Assembly: GCF_001194135.2 (NCBI RefSeq)
Contig: NC_068982.1
Location: 162,385,215-162,437,344 of the forward strand
Source: Octopus bimaculoides
Taxonomy: Eukaryota
DNA: 52,130 nt
Reading direction: 5' to 3'
Below the pieces are notes generated by a model. That model saw nothing but the letters and a program-made list of their open reading frames with translations. It had not been told where the DNA came from and did not search any database. Below, one piece after another: positions 13,301-23,788 of this stretch. Made by a program: the position numbers and the translations under genes. How positions within the stretch are numbered: position 1 is the first letter of the stretch; every line of letters starts with the position of its first letter.

Positions 13301-16300
13301 ATCCACTCACAAGGCTTTGATCAGCCCAAGGCTATAGTAGAAGATACTTGCCCAAGGTGCCACGCAATGGGACTGAACTTAGGACCATGTGGTTGGTAAG
13401 CAAGCTACTTACCACACAGCCACTCCTATGCCTATTTATTTATTTATTTATTTTAGTTTTGATTGGTATATTAACCCATAGGCCATTAATTAACATCTGA
13501 TGCTTGGGATTTTGTTTCCAAACAATACTTTATTCAGCATTCTCAGTTCACCTATCTTATCTTTTTGGAAAAAGTTATTGGGTCATTTGGGATTATTTAG
13601 TTTCAAAGTAGGATTCACGATGAATGCTTCTTGAAGCCTATATTTTATGAATAAGGATTTGTAAAACAAAAAACATTTTAAAATTTTATTTTTCAGAGTT
13701 CTCTAGCGGTTACATTAAGAGAAGTACGTCCAACCTTTTTCCTGGGTGTGCCCAGAGTTTGGGAGAAAATTGTGGAAAGGATAAAAACTGTTGGTCATGA
13801 ATCAAGTAATCTGACAAAGAAGATTGCAACTTGGGCTAAATCTGTTGGATTGAAAGGAAACTATAGCCGTATGAATGGGTATGAAATGTCATACTTTACT
13901 GTCAAATCTTTATTTAAACAGATAATTTCAATTACTGTGTCAGTTTTGTTTTAACTGGGTAGTGGAAAGTGAGAAAATGTTATAAATAACATGTTTCTTT
14001 CCTTCAATCTAAAAGTAATTAAGTTGATCTGCATATGTACTAGCCTTACATTCTTTCTTAGCCTGTAGTTTTAACTAAGCAATTCTTATTGATTTATATT
14101 TAAACTATAAGCTTTAAGTTGACCAATGTTTAAACTAGTTTTATATACTTTTTGTTGAGCTGTATTTACACTGGTTTTATATACTTTGTGTTGAGCTGTA
14201 TTTAAACAAGACTTGTCATGAGAATACAGTTTAAAACTTTGAAAGAGATTTTTACTTATTTCTATTTTCTTATATGATAACATTGATTCCTTGGTTGGAT
14301 TCAGACCCTTTGTAAAATAACTTGGTATTTTGCCCACAATAGCTTCACAGCATTTTATTTATGCCATTCTTGTCTTTACAAGGTGTTTCTTATAAGACTT
14401 TACATGAGTTTAATGTTTAACCAGTAGTATTTATGAAGTGTAATCAAAATATGACAAATTAGGTCATTTTACTTTACTATGTCATATTTTGAACATCATG
14501 ACAACTTTCCTTTTCTTTGTAAAGATAAGATGTATTCTGTAAGGAATTACTATTTAATTTTCAACTTTTAAATCTGGTTTCCACAAATTTGAAAATGTAA
14601 CTTTAAGCCCTTTTTCTAGATAAAATTTCTGTTATCTCTTAGAAATGTTATAAAAAGATTGTGGCCCTTCAAATATATTTGCTGCATCAGTTTTGAACTG
14701 TTAATAATTTTTTATTTCTCTGGCTATTGATCATCTATTGAAGAGATTCGTTTCTTTTTGATAGCATTCAAAGCCAGGGGAAGTTCCAGCGGTAATAATT
14801 TCCTATTAAAGCTTTTTTAGCATGTTGTCAGTGCTTGTCTAGTGACAACTTGTTTTGTGCATGAGTTAAGCTTGTGACTGCAGTATTACAAAATTTGTTA
14901 CAATGAAATGCTTGCAACATAGAAAAAAAATCTACTCTTTCAAAAGCATGTTCTGTTATTCTCTTTTCCAACTGTATCCTCTACTGTTTTCAGAGTTTCT
15001 AATTTAGTAGGATTTAAGAATTCACTTGTGTTCAGTTAGTATTTATATTAGTTTTGTATCATCTACATCATTCTCTTTTTATACATTCAGTTGTTTAACT
15101 GTATTATATTTTAGCTCTTTTAGTGAAGAAATGTAAAATATCAAATATAAAGAAGAAATTGCATATAAACTACCTATGTTTATGCCCAAAGTACATAAAG
15201 GACATAAAATTATCATAAATACTAACTGAAGATATGTGCATCATCTTATTAGTTCATGGTCTCTTGTAGATATTAGTTTTTGTAAGAAAACCTGTCTTGC
15301 ATATTAATTTCAGAGAAACCAAATCATTGAGTTGTGCTTGTTCTTCCAGGTATGTTGGTTAGTTCAAAAAGCACAGTTGTAGCTATTCCAAAAGCACTGC
15401 CATATTTTTGTTTGTTGTTTTAGTTTCTAACTAATAGCCCAGTCTGCTTTCTGTTTAACAAATCAACCAAAAATTCTTCACCAATCATATGTAGATTGTC
15501 AAGGCACTTTTATTTTAGTATCCCTAAAATACTATATTAGCATTTAATGCTTGAAGGATGGGATGTTGTAGAAAAAAGACCATTTTAATCTTTTTATATC
15601 CCTCTATTGGTTAATGCTTATCCCAAAGCTTGGCACTTTCCACTCGTAGGTGTCATAACAAATGAGACCATACTTATGAGTCTTCTCATTAATTCCTTAT
15701 AACCTCTCTCCGGAAGACTGAAAGTGAAAGTTGTTAATGACCATCTCATATTACTGGCATGGTTGGGTTGGGTTGCATTGGTGACATAACACAGTATAAA
15801 CTATCTCAAGTGTCTACTTGGAAACAACTATTTTTTAATAGTTTTTTATATTTTATAGCTCTTGGATTAGCTTTAATTTATGCCAGTATCATCAGTTGTT
15901 AGTATGATTACATGATGATAAAACAAATAGTGATCTGAGCTGAATGAATTTTAGGCACATTGAGACAGACTTTATTTTTTACTATTCTGAGAATTACTGC
16001 CAGTTTTCATTGTTCTACTCAAATAGATTTATCTATGAGTAATGATAAAAGCTACAGAAAGTTAAAGATTTCAGCACATACTTGAGGCAGGATGTAATTA
16101 TTTTAACCACCTTCAAATCCCTGCTTTTTTTCCTGTATTTAATTTGTGTGATTTAGTCATTCTGTTGTGTGTCACTGTTGATGTTTCACAGCATCTGTTT
16201 GTTTTATAACATTCTTCAGTTTTATTTCTTCACTAATTTCCTTTCACTTTACCTCACTTTTTTATTTTTTTTTATTTTTGTGTTTTTAAAAATTATTATT

Positions 16301-19300
16301 GGTGATCAATCCTATGATTTTATTTGTTTTGTTTTTTTCAGACGGACCTCAAAACCTCTTCTCTGGCCTGTGGCAAATGTTTTAGTATTTAAAAAAGTGA
16401 GGTCCACTCTTGGACTTGACCGGTGTAAGTTGTGCATCACTGCTGCTGCACCGATTATGAAGGAAACTCTTGATTTTATGATGAGTCTTAACATTCCAGT
16501 TCTAGAAATTTATGGCATGAGTGAAAGTACCGGTCCACACACAATATCTGTTCCTAAGAAATTTAAAGTTGGAAGTGTAGGATGTGACTTGTGTGGTGTG
16601 CAGACAATGTTGCATTCTGTGGACAGTGATGGTAATGGTGAGGTGAGGACTTGTATACATTTAACTTTTTAATGAAGTTTTTTCAGTTTGACTATATGTC
16701 CCCATCTCTCTTATAGTTAAATATAGCAGTAACTGTATATACTCTCTGCTGCTGCAGTAGATATACTCAGATGATATTCTCTGAACTTGCTGGCAGTATA
16801 TTATTCCCTTCTGTTCCTTCCTGCCCTTCTAGGCTAGTGATTGGTAACCTGGACATTAACACCAGTAGCTTGGCTGACTGCAGTGAGTGCTTGACCTCTT
16901 TTTGAGTGATCACCTCTTCCAATGACCCATCCCCTCTCAAAGGATTTTTTTTGGTGACCCTGCCAGTGCTGATGCCACATGAAAAGCATCCAGTCCACGC
17001 TGTAAAGTGGTTGACATTTGGAAGGGCATCCAACTATAAAAACCAATGCCAAAACTGACCTTACTTGTGCTGGTGTCACCTAAAAATCCCTCAGTCCACT
17101 CTGTGGGGGTGGTTGGTGTTAGGAAGAGCATCCAGCCACAAAGGGAAACATGAGCAGAAGTATTTTCAGTTACTAGTCTGCAACACATCAGACTAAACAT
17201 TTTAACTTTATTAATTTTACCTTCACCTCTAAGAAGACAGGAAATGGATATGAACGCATAAGTCTCTTCCCTTTTACACAAAAAACAATATTTTGTCTTA
17301 GTTGTAGAAAGTCATATTGCATTGCCAAATATTCCCTTAAACTAAGGCCTGAATTCTAACTATTTTAATCATTTTGACAAAATATTTGTTGCTTTAACAG
17401 ATGCATCTTTAAAATATCCATTCTTCCATGGCCAAGTTTTATGAACCAACTCTGTGTGTAGTTATGATTTAAGGATTTGGTTGCTGTTTCTAGTTGGTTG
17501 ATCGACCATATAGAGACTGTCAGTGACCTATGCATTTCCCTTTGGAAATTGAATACATTTTAAATAAAGCTAATTCTATTATATTGTTCTTTGAGAGTAA
17601 CTACATTTTTTCTTAATATTAATGTGCACAAAAATATTTCCTGTGCAGTCTGGTTTGTTGTGCTTATGCATACAATACTCCACTGTTTGGTGATGTGAAT
17701 AAATGCAAAGTTACTTGGACATTTTTACTTGAGTAGTAAAAACATCAATTTTCACAGTCCATGGAAAGACCAATTTTATAAAGGTCAGCATATTTTTTTT
17801 CCTTCTTGCTACTGTTACCTCATATGATTTAAAATTTCAAGCTTTTACAGCTGAGGTTTCTAAACTGGAACACTTTTTTTTTAAAGTGTTGCTAATGTGA
17901 AAAATTTGTAAACCTCTGCTTTAAAATAAGTCTATTTTAAATTTATAACTTACAAATTTTTATTTTATATATAGGTTTGTATGCATGGCAGACACGTGTT
18001 CATGGGTTACTTGAAAGCTCCAGAGAAAACTAAAGAAGCCATTGATGAGGATGGTTGGTTACACTCTGGCGATATTGGCAAGAAAGATAAAGATTTTCTA
18101 TACATAACTGGGAGAATTAAAGGTAACTTAAAAACAAAAAAATATTTATTGATAAATTTGTTTTTCTCTTGTGTAGCTGCTGATTACTTCTTTGCAAGTT
18201 GATCTATTTTCTGTAATTTCCACATCTCTGTCTCGACTGAATTTTTATCATGACATGTTCTTTCTAAATTTTTCTGTGTCTGGAAAGTTCAATCTTTGAT
18301 ATGGCTCTTTCCTCTTTTGCATGTACAAACCAACTTTGTATTTACCAATTATGTGCATGAAGTAGTATTTACTCAGACAACTGTGTACCATACACTTACC
18401 ATAATTTAAAGATGGTAGTAACTTGTATTGAATTTTGGGCTAACTTCTATCTGTTGCAGAACATCTTAGAATGCATTAGACAATTAAACTATTGCTGTGA
18501 TTACTTGTATTGATGGAGAAATAATTCTTTATATACATCTTTTATTTGTTTATATATTAGATTGTTCTAGTTATGGTAAGTTGCAACAAAATCCAGTTAG
18601 TTTTTTTTAATGATCCTTATTAAATATCTTATTTAAGAAATAATAATCACTGCTGGGGGTGAAAATATTGCCCCATGTCCAATTGAGGAGGCTGTCAAGG
18701 AAGAATTGTCGATTGTTAGCCAATGTATGGTGGTTGGTGACAAGCGCAAGTTCCTGTCGATGCTCATCACCTTGAAGGTAAGGCAACTATTAATTTCTGG
18801 TAATTTCAATCACTTCGTTATAGAATTGTATGTTGGAACAAGATTGCTATGTAACAATTGAGATGCTTATTAGAGATAATTGGTGAAAATAAATTTCAAA
18901 GAAAAAGAAACACTTCTGTGAGAAAGCTGCTCAGCATTCAGATGTGAGTAGTTTATTGCTGATAATTTCAGCATTCTACCAAGTATATATTTTGACTTAT
19001 GAATCTTCTTAGAACCTTTTATACAAGAATAAACAATTCGTATCACAAGTTAATTTATCCAAGCACTAAAAATTCCAACACAGTATTTGAGAGAAGTAAG
19101 CTCTAAATCTTCAATGACCATGTTAGAAGTTTTAGCACCTTAACAGCTATTGTTCCCCTCTCTCTCTCTGAGGAGAGAAATAGGAGAGTGGGTAGTAGGG
19201 AACTTATGAAATGCTCATTTGTGAGGTTGTATTTCTTAATTTTCAAAACTAAATTTTTGAAAAGAGTTAGTGAAAAGGATTTTCTCCCTATACTATTAAT

Positions 19301-22300
19301 ATTCAGATTGATATTTCTTAAGTATAACTCATTGCCAGTGCCCATGGACTGGCTCTTGTGCGAGTCACACATGAGGTTTTTCGAGCGAGATCGTTGCCGG
19401 TGCCCCTGGACTGGCTCTTGTGCGGGTGGCACATAAAAGACACCATTTCGAGTGTGGCCGTTTTCGTGCGGGTGACACGTAAAAGCACCCACTACACTCT
19501 CTGAGTGGTTGGCGTTAGGAAGGGCATCCAGCTGTAGAAACTCTGCCAAATTAGATTGGAGCCTGGTGTTGCCATCCGGTTTCACCAGTCCTCAGTCAAA
19601 TCGTCCAACCCATGCTAGCATGGAAGGCGGACGTTAAACGATGATGATGATGATGATGATGAACTGTTGCCTACAAGACAATACTTCCAGTAATATTCAA
19701 TAAAACTTTAATTAACCATAATGTAATAATTAAATAATTGTGACTTTCAGGTGGATATTAATCCTGACACCCTGGTACCAACCGACAAACTAACTACTTT
19801 AGCTGTGATTTGGTGTCGGAATGTTGGCTCAAATGCCACTACAGTCTCGGAAATAGTTAACCAGAAAGACGAAAATGTAATGAAAGCTATTCAGAATGCT
19901 GTTGATAAAGCCAATCTAAAAGCAGTGTCCAGAGCTGCTAAAGTGCAGAAATGGTCCATATTACTCAAAGATTTCTCAATACCTGGAGGAGAGTTGGGTG
20001 AGTATTGGATTTTTTAATTGTAAAGAGACAGTATAGTTTGCAGTATAATTAGTACAAAAACTACAATAATACAGGTAGATGACTAACAATTTATTCAGTA
20101 TTTTTAATATGAATACACTGCTACAATGACGCCCATGAAATCAAGAGAACAGCGTATGGAAAAATAAAGTCATTTCATTGCAAACAAAAGAACAACTCCT
20201 CAGTTCATTGATATTTAGCATGGCCACTTGTAGAGCTGAATATATCAGATTATAAGAGAATTAATAAAATGAAAATTGAAATAGTTTAACAGTAGTGTTT
20301 TAGATGGATTCTTAGAATAAGCTGGATGGATAAAAAGAATCAATGAATGGGTCCTTCACAAGAGAGTCAGGAAAGGCTTAAATATCATCATGGAAAATGA
20401 ACCTCCACTGGCCATGTACTTAGAAGACAAGACTAAGTTCATGTTAAATGATGCAGTATATGTCAAAAGAACAGGAAGATCTAAAACCAGATTTAGCAAT
20501 GACAGCAAAGAAGCTAGTGGCAGAAGTTTGCAGAATTGTGCAGACTGACACAGGACAGATATGGGTGGAAGGTTACAGGAGCTTAGTTATTTGAGCCTTC
20601 CATCTAGAGAAGACACTGCTACCAAAGCCAGTTAAGAAGAATCTGAAGTAGGTCTTACAATTTGCAACCAAATTGTTTTTTTTATGGCTCTGTCTTAATG
20701 AAATGAGCTCATTCAATGAGTTAGCTTGAGATTACTCAACAATGTTACCTGGGAAACAAGCTGTCTGATAATGCTTGTTATTAGTGTTATTTTTTTTCTT
20801 ATTGATATTACATTGTAATATTTTATAGTCAAAATATTGACTACAGAATATTCTTTTTATTACCAACATTAATGTAAGAAAGCATACATACAGAAGAACC
20901 ACAATAAATATCTATGAATTACTATATTTCATTTCTATTTGAAATAAAAATAAGATCTTTAAATTACTTAATATTATTTCTGTATTTCTATACAAAAATA
21001 TCGCTTAACATAATGGAGATACATTTTAATATTTTACCTTTTAACCATTCCTAATCTTTAGCTGAAAAATTACTAATGCTCTCTTGTGCAGAGAAATAGT
21101 GTGGCAGGGATGAATATGCTGAATAATTGAAATGGTGATATATGGGTTGCATTATTAAACTGAAGTTCATTGTAGCTGTGATGTTTGGGGTGAAACCAAA
21201 AAAGCAGTGTAACAGCGATGTGATATTGAAATAAGATATAGAATGAGCTGTAATAGTAAAATCAGTGTGGTAGAATATGGTCATGAAATTTTATTATAAT
21301 AAACTGACAGTTGAAATCAAGGCTAAACATCATACTTGTTTAGTGTTAACTTGTGCAGATGTTCAGATGAATTTAAATAAGACAAAAGTAGTTCTGTCAA
21401 ATGATTTATTACGCTATTAGTAACTAGATCAAATGGACCTAGAAAAAAAACGTTCAATAAAAATGAACAAAGAATATAACAGATGAATACAAACAGCAAA
21501 ATAACAGCATGTATATGCAAGAAAGTGTTTGTAGTCTCTTGTACTGAAAGTAAGTTGAGTAAATGTAAGAACTTGTGTGTGTGATTTTTTGATCTCTATT
21601 ATTGATAACAAGTTGAGAATTTGACTGGTGTGTGTGTGTCTTGTTTGCAGAGCAAATGGCATGGAAACTTTAGACAAGACAATCTCCAAAGAAGTGTTAA
21701 AATGACTTTTATTGATTTTATATTATTTTTGTATAGGGGTGGGCTTCTTCAAAGAGTTACTGAAGGCAATAAAAAAACGGTCTGATTGTAAACAAGTCAC
21801 ATGATTAATTTTCAGTCAAAGTTATCTGCAACATACATGCAAAAGAAGTCATGTGGCTTGTTGGGGAGTCAAAAATCAAGTGTAAACATACTGAAAAACA
21901 ATTGCCACATGAGAGAGAACTGAGAAAGAGTTGATATAAGAGCTAAAGGGAGAATGACAGTTTTTATTCAAAAAAGCTAAGGGATGCACTTTAACATTTA
22001 GATTATCCTGTCAAATGCAATGCTTATTCACCTTGTCTTGAATTAATCATGCATTATCTCATAGCTTTGAGATTTAAATGATGTGATTGTTTTTTAAAAT
22101 GACATTCCAGCATAGGTGTGAGAGGCTGGATCTTGGACTAAATTTTTCTGTGTATTATTTTAAGAGTTATACTGTATTTGGTTGGTTTGATACTTTATTT
22201 GTTAAACCCTTTTATTTAACCTAATGGTTCTTTTCTGTATTTTCAAGGTCCAACAATGAAGGTGAGACGTCCTATTGTTCATAAGATGTATTCAACTCTC

Positions 22301-22318
22301 ATCGATTCATTTTACTGA
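3949..22318 (+). CDS. ACSBG2: Long-chain-fatty-acid--CoA ligase, bubblegum (ACSBG1/2) family; 14 recognised coding exons, 5' end not found
   Basis: Spliced exons total 2044 nt (1 + 681 codons including stop) with compatible phases. The product contains [14 protein letters not shown], the AMP-binding [66 protein letters not shown] and [14 protein letters not shown]. The symbol is family-level; ACSBG1 versus ACSBG2 cannot be resolved. Confidence 0.95.
6829..6990 (+). CDS. ACSBG2: ACSBG recognised exon 2
   Basis: tatttcag| ...[33 protein letters not shown] g|gtaaga; phase 1 to 1. Confidence 0.9.
7159..7244 (+). CDS. ACSBG2: ACSBG recognised exon 3
   Basis: ttccaaag|ct (A)[28 protein letters not shown]|gtgagt; phase 1 to 0. 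Confidence 0.93.
7245..7410 (+). repeat. Tandem (GT)n-TTGCTTTTGATAAA(G) units resembling the exon 3 end and donor
   Basis: Five units separated by GT runs of variable length. Confidence 0.8.
7412..8399 (+). mobile_element. RTE-clade LINE, 5'-truncated (ORF2 C-terminus, 3' UTR, GAT tail)
   Basis: KRCSNI...[17 protein letters not shown]...[18 protein letters not shown]...QLHWYGH...RGRPRKTW...LGLTEAMT; frameshifted. Confidence 0.9.
8400..8506 (+). repeat. Second block of exon-3-end-like tandem units
   Basis: Four units similar to ttgctaaagcttttataaaggtgagt; one keeps AAG|GTGAGT at 8421-8429. Confidence 0.75.
8608..8696 (+). CDS. ACSBG2: ACSBG recognised exon 4
   Basis: ttttcag|[29 protein letters not shown] gc|gtaaat; phase 0 to 2. 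Confidence 0.95.
9068..9269 (+). CDS. ACSBG2: ACSBG recognised exon 5
   Basis: attatag|t [15 protein letters not shown]...[23 protein letters not shown]|gtatgt; phase 2 to 0. Confidence 0.95.
10055..10156 (+). CDS. ACSBG2: ACSBG recognised exon 6
   Basis: tttttcag|[34 protein letters not shown]|gtaagt; 102 nt. Confidence 0.95.
10929..10976 (+). CDS. ACSBG2: ACSBG recognised exon 7 (48 nt, AMP-binding loop)
   Basis: ttctgcag|[16 protein letters not shown]|gtaaga; absent from the ORF track because it is short. Confidence 0.96.
11183..11300 (-). mobile_element. Degenerate RTE-type tail fragment
   Basis: Reverse complement of ...aaaccatccagctcatgccagcaagga...tgtaaaatgatg. Confidence 0.55.
11500..11760 (+). 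mobile_element. RTE-type 3' tail element
   Basis: catgtaaaaagcacccactacactctcagagtggttggc...ggaagggcatcc...aacccatgccagcatgg...gttaaacgatg. Confidence 0.8.
12028..12195 (+). CDS. ACSBG2: ACSBG recognised exon 8
   Basis: atttcag|LTWTAH...[18 protein letters not shown]...YFAQPDALK|gtaggt; 168 nt. Confidence 0.96.
12215..13432 (-). mobile_element. SINE family A split into a 3' half (12215-12414) and a 5' half (13262-13432) by a gap and an inserted fragment
   Basis: Both halves match the reverse complement of the complete family A copies and meet at the CA/TA linker. That they are one element is inferred across the gap. Confidence 0.7.
12890..13200 (-). mobile_element. Possible Penelope-like element fragment
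   Basis: Minus-strand [16 protein letters not shown] resembles the PLVLTYHP..I.I segment between Penelope RT and GIY-YIG; pyrimidine-rich sense strand. Confidence 0.4.
13697..13878 (+). CDS. ACSBG2: ACSBG recognised exon 9
   Basis: ttttcag|[24 protein letters not shown]...GNYSRMN gg|gtatga; phase 0 to 2. Confidence 0.95.
14134..14205 (+). repeat. 36-bp tandem duplication
   Basis: actagttttatatactttttgttgagctgtatttac / actggttttatatactttgtgttgagctgtatttaa. Confidence 0.85.
16342..16642 (+). CDS. ACSBG2: ACSBG recognised exon 10
   Basis: tttttcag|a RTSKP...LGLDRC...AAAP...[11 protein letters not shown]...DGNGE|gtgagg; phase 2 to 0. Confidence 0.96.
16960..17145 (+). mobile_element. RTE-type 3' UTR fragments (two sub-units)
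   Basis: aaaagcatccagtccacgctgtaaagtggttg...ggaagggcatcc and gtccactctgtgg.ggtggttggtgttaggaagagcatcc. Confidence 0.6.
17975..18122 (+). CDS. ACSBG2: ACSBG recognised exon 11
   Basis: atatag|[13 protein letters not shown]...[24 protein letters not shown] g|gtaact; phase 0 to 1. Confidence 0.96.
18638..18777 (+). CDS. ACSBG2: ACSBG recognised exon 12
   Basis: atttaag|aa [17 protein letters not shown]...[15 protein letters not shown]|gtaagg; phase 1 to 0. Confidence 0.96.
19333..19662 (+). mobile_element. Young RTE-type 3' tail element with an internal tandem duplication
   Basis: gccagtgcccatggactggctcttgtgcg / gccggtgcccctggactggctcttgtgcg, then a tail nearly identical to 1-206. Confidence 0.85.
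19751..19997 (+). CDS. ACSBG2: ACSBG recognised exon 13
   Basis: actttcag|VDINPDTL...[19 protein letters not shown] g|gtgagt; phase 0 to 1. Confidence 0.95.
20140..20600 (+). mobile_element. Old RTE-clade LINE fragment (ORF2 C-terminus) in the last ACSBG intron
   Basis: Degenerate [11 protein letters not shown]...[17 protein letters not shown]...GHVLRRQ...; many indels. Confidence 0.6.
22248..22318 (+). CDS. ACSBG2: ACSBG last coding exon (14)
   Basis: tttcaag|gt [25 protein letters not shown] (stop at 22316-22318). Confidence 0.95.
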
Positions 22319-22996
22319 AATAAAGTAACTAGGTGAAGTTTCCTATTACAGTGATCTAGTTTGCAATAGCTGAGAGGTTGTCAAGTCTATTTACTACAAC
22401 TTAATGTTGAAGTACTGTATAATCTAAGTAGCTTCATAGCTGGCTATATTTCCCTAATATCTTGCAAATTAGTTCATTCCCCGATGGGAATGTATCAGTA
22501 TCCAAACTGGAAGAATACAACTTCTACTTTATCCTTCAACTTTGACAGCAATTAATATTCTAGCAAATTAAAAATCTGAATTTTTACTAAAACAACTTGG
22601 TATTAGTTTAATTCTTATCTTCAGTTTCAAACACCATGTTTAAAGGACTTTAGTCCTTATTATTGGCAGCTGCAAAATAGACTTAATGATTGTTCCATCC
22701 AGCACTTTTGTGCTGTCAACATCACCAGAAGATCCAATCGGAATCAAAACATTTACTTTGATTCACAAAGTAATGATTTTCTTTGTTTGTTTTTTTTTGT
22801 TTTTTTTTTATTACCATGCACTGAAATTAAAATTATTTAATAAATCATAAATTGCTTTGTTTTCATTTTTAAAAATTACATTGAACCATTTTACTACTGC
22901 TGCTGCTGCTGTTCATGACCCCCACCAACTATAAAATTAAGTTGCTATGCAAGTAAGTCTTCTCTCTTCAATGAGTGAAGTGCTTTAAATAATAAA
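22319..22996 (+). promoter_or_regulatory. Candidate ACSBG 3' UTR with AATAAA signals at 22319, 22839 and 22991
   Basis: Three AATAAA hexamers downstream of the stop. In DNA this AT-rich they can occur by chance. Confidence 0.35.
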
Positions 22997-23765
22997 AAGT
23001 AGATTAAACAACCTTATATTTAACTAGACATGGCTGTGACTAATTACACTTAAAATATCAACAACCTAATTGTGTTGGTAGGAGATTGTAACAGATAAAG
23101 ACAAACTTGTATTTGTTGTCATCTCAAGGTTGCTGATTTTCTATTTGATATGCATAATTCTGTATTTAAGTATTGGTATGCAATAGTTTATTCCAGTCCA
23201 CATAATGTAGTTATTTGCTGTGCTAGAAATAGCAGCTAAACCCTCTTTCTTCCAATTAACACTCTGCCATATTAAAAACAAAATGGTCAGAAATCTCTAA
23301 TATACACCCTGATAAGATGGTCACAGCTAGAATGTTTTTGATCATAGATATCTATTCAATCCAGTGTTATGGAACTAAACCAAAAAAAAAAAAAAAAAAT
23401 CACTTTATTTGGTGCTTTTTGTTTTTTCAAGAAATTTTTTAAAAATTTATTTCATCACTGTATAAACTGTTTTTTGTCTCTTTTCGACAAAGCATTGTAC
23501 ATTTTCAAGCATATGGTTAAGAATTACATGATCTCACAGGTTTGTTCATAGTCTTGCATGATAAACTGAATCCATCACCTGCTTTTAATGCCAACACTTG
23601 ACCTTTGGTTACCCTAGCAGTCCAGTCTCTTGCTGATTTGAGAATAACTTCCTTTTTTTCCAACCAGCTTCGGAGGCTCTAAAGAGTTATTTGCTCTTTA
23701 AATTTTTGCTATTGAAAAAAAAAAAAAAAAAAAATCAGAAATTTTTATCTCCCTTGAAGGTCTAA

Positions 23766-23788
23766 TAGTGGGTCGGTGCATAATTATT
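23766..23788 (+). mobile_element. Mariner-like terminal inverted repeat start abutting a gap
   Basis: tagtgggtcggtgcataattatt resembles the mariner TIR pattern TATTAGGTTGGTGCA.AA.TA.TT; the rest is hidden by Ns. Confidence 0.4.

Noticed and set aside
16767-17281. Minus-strand ORFs of 81-114 aa
   Set aside because: Largely antisense readings of RTE 3' UTR fragments.
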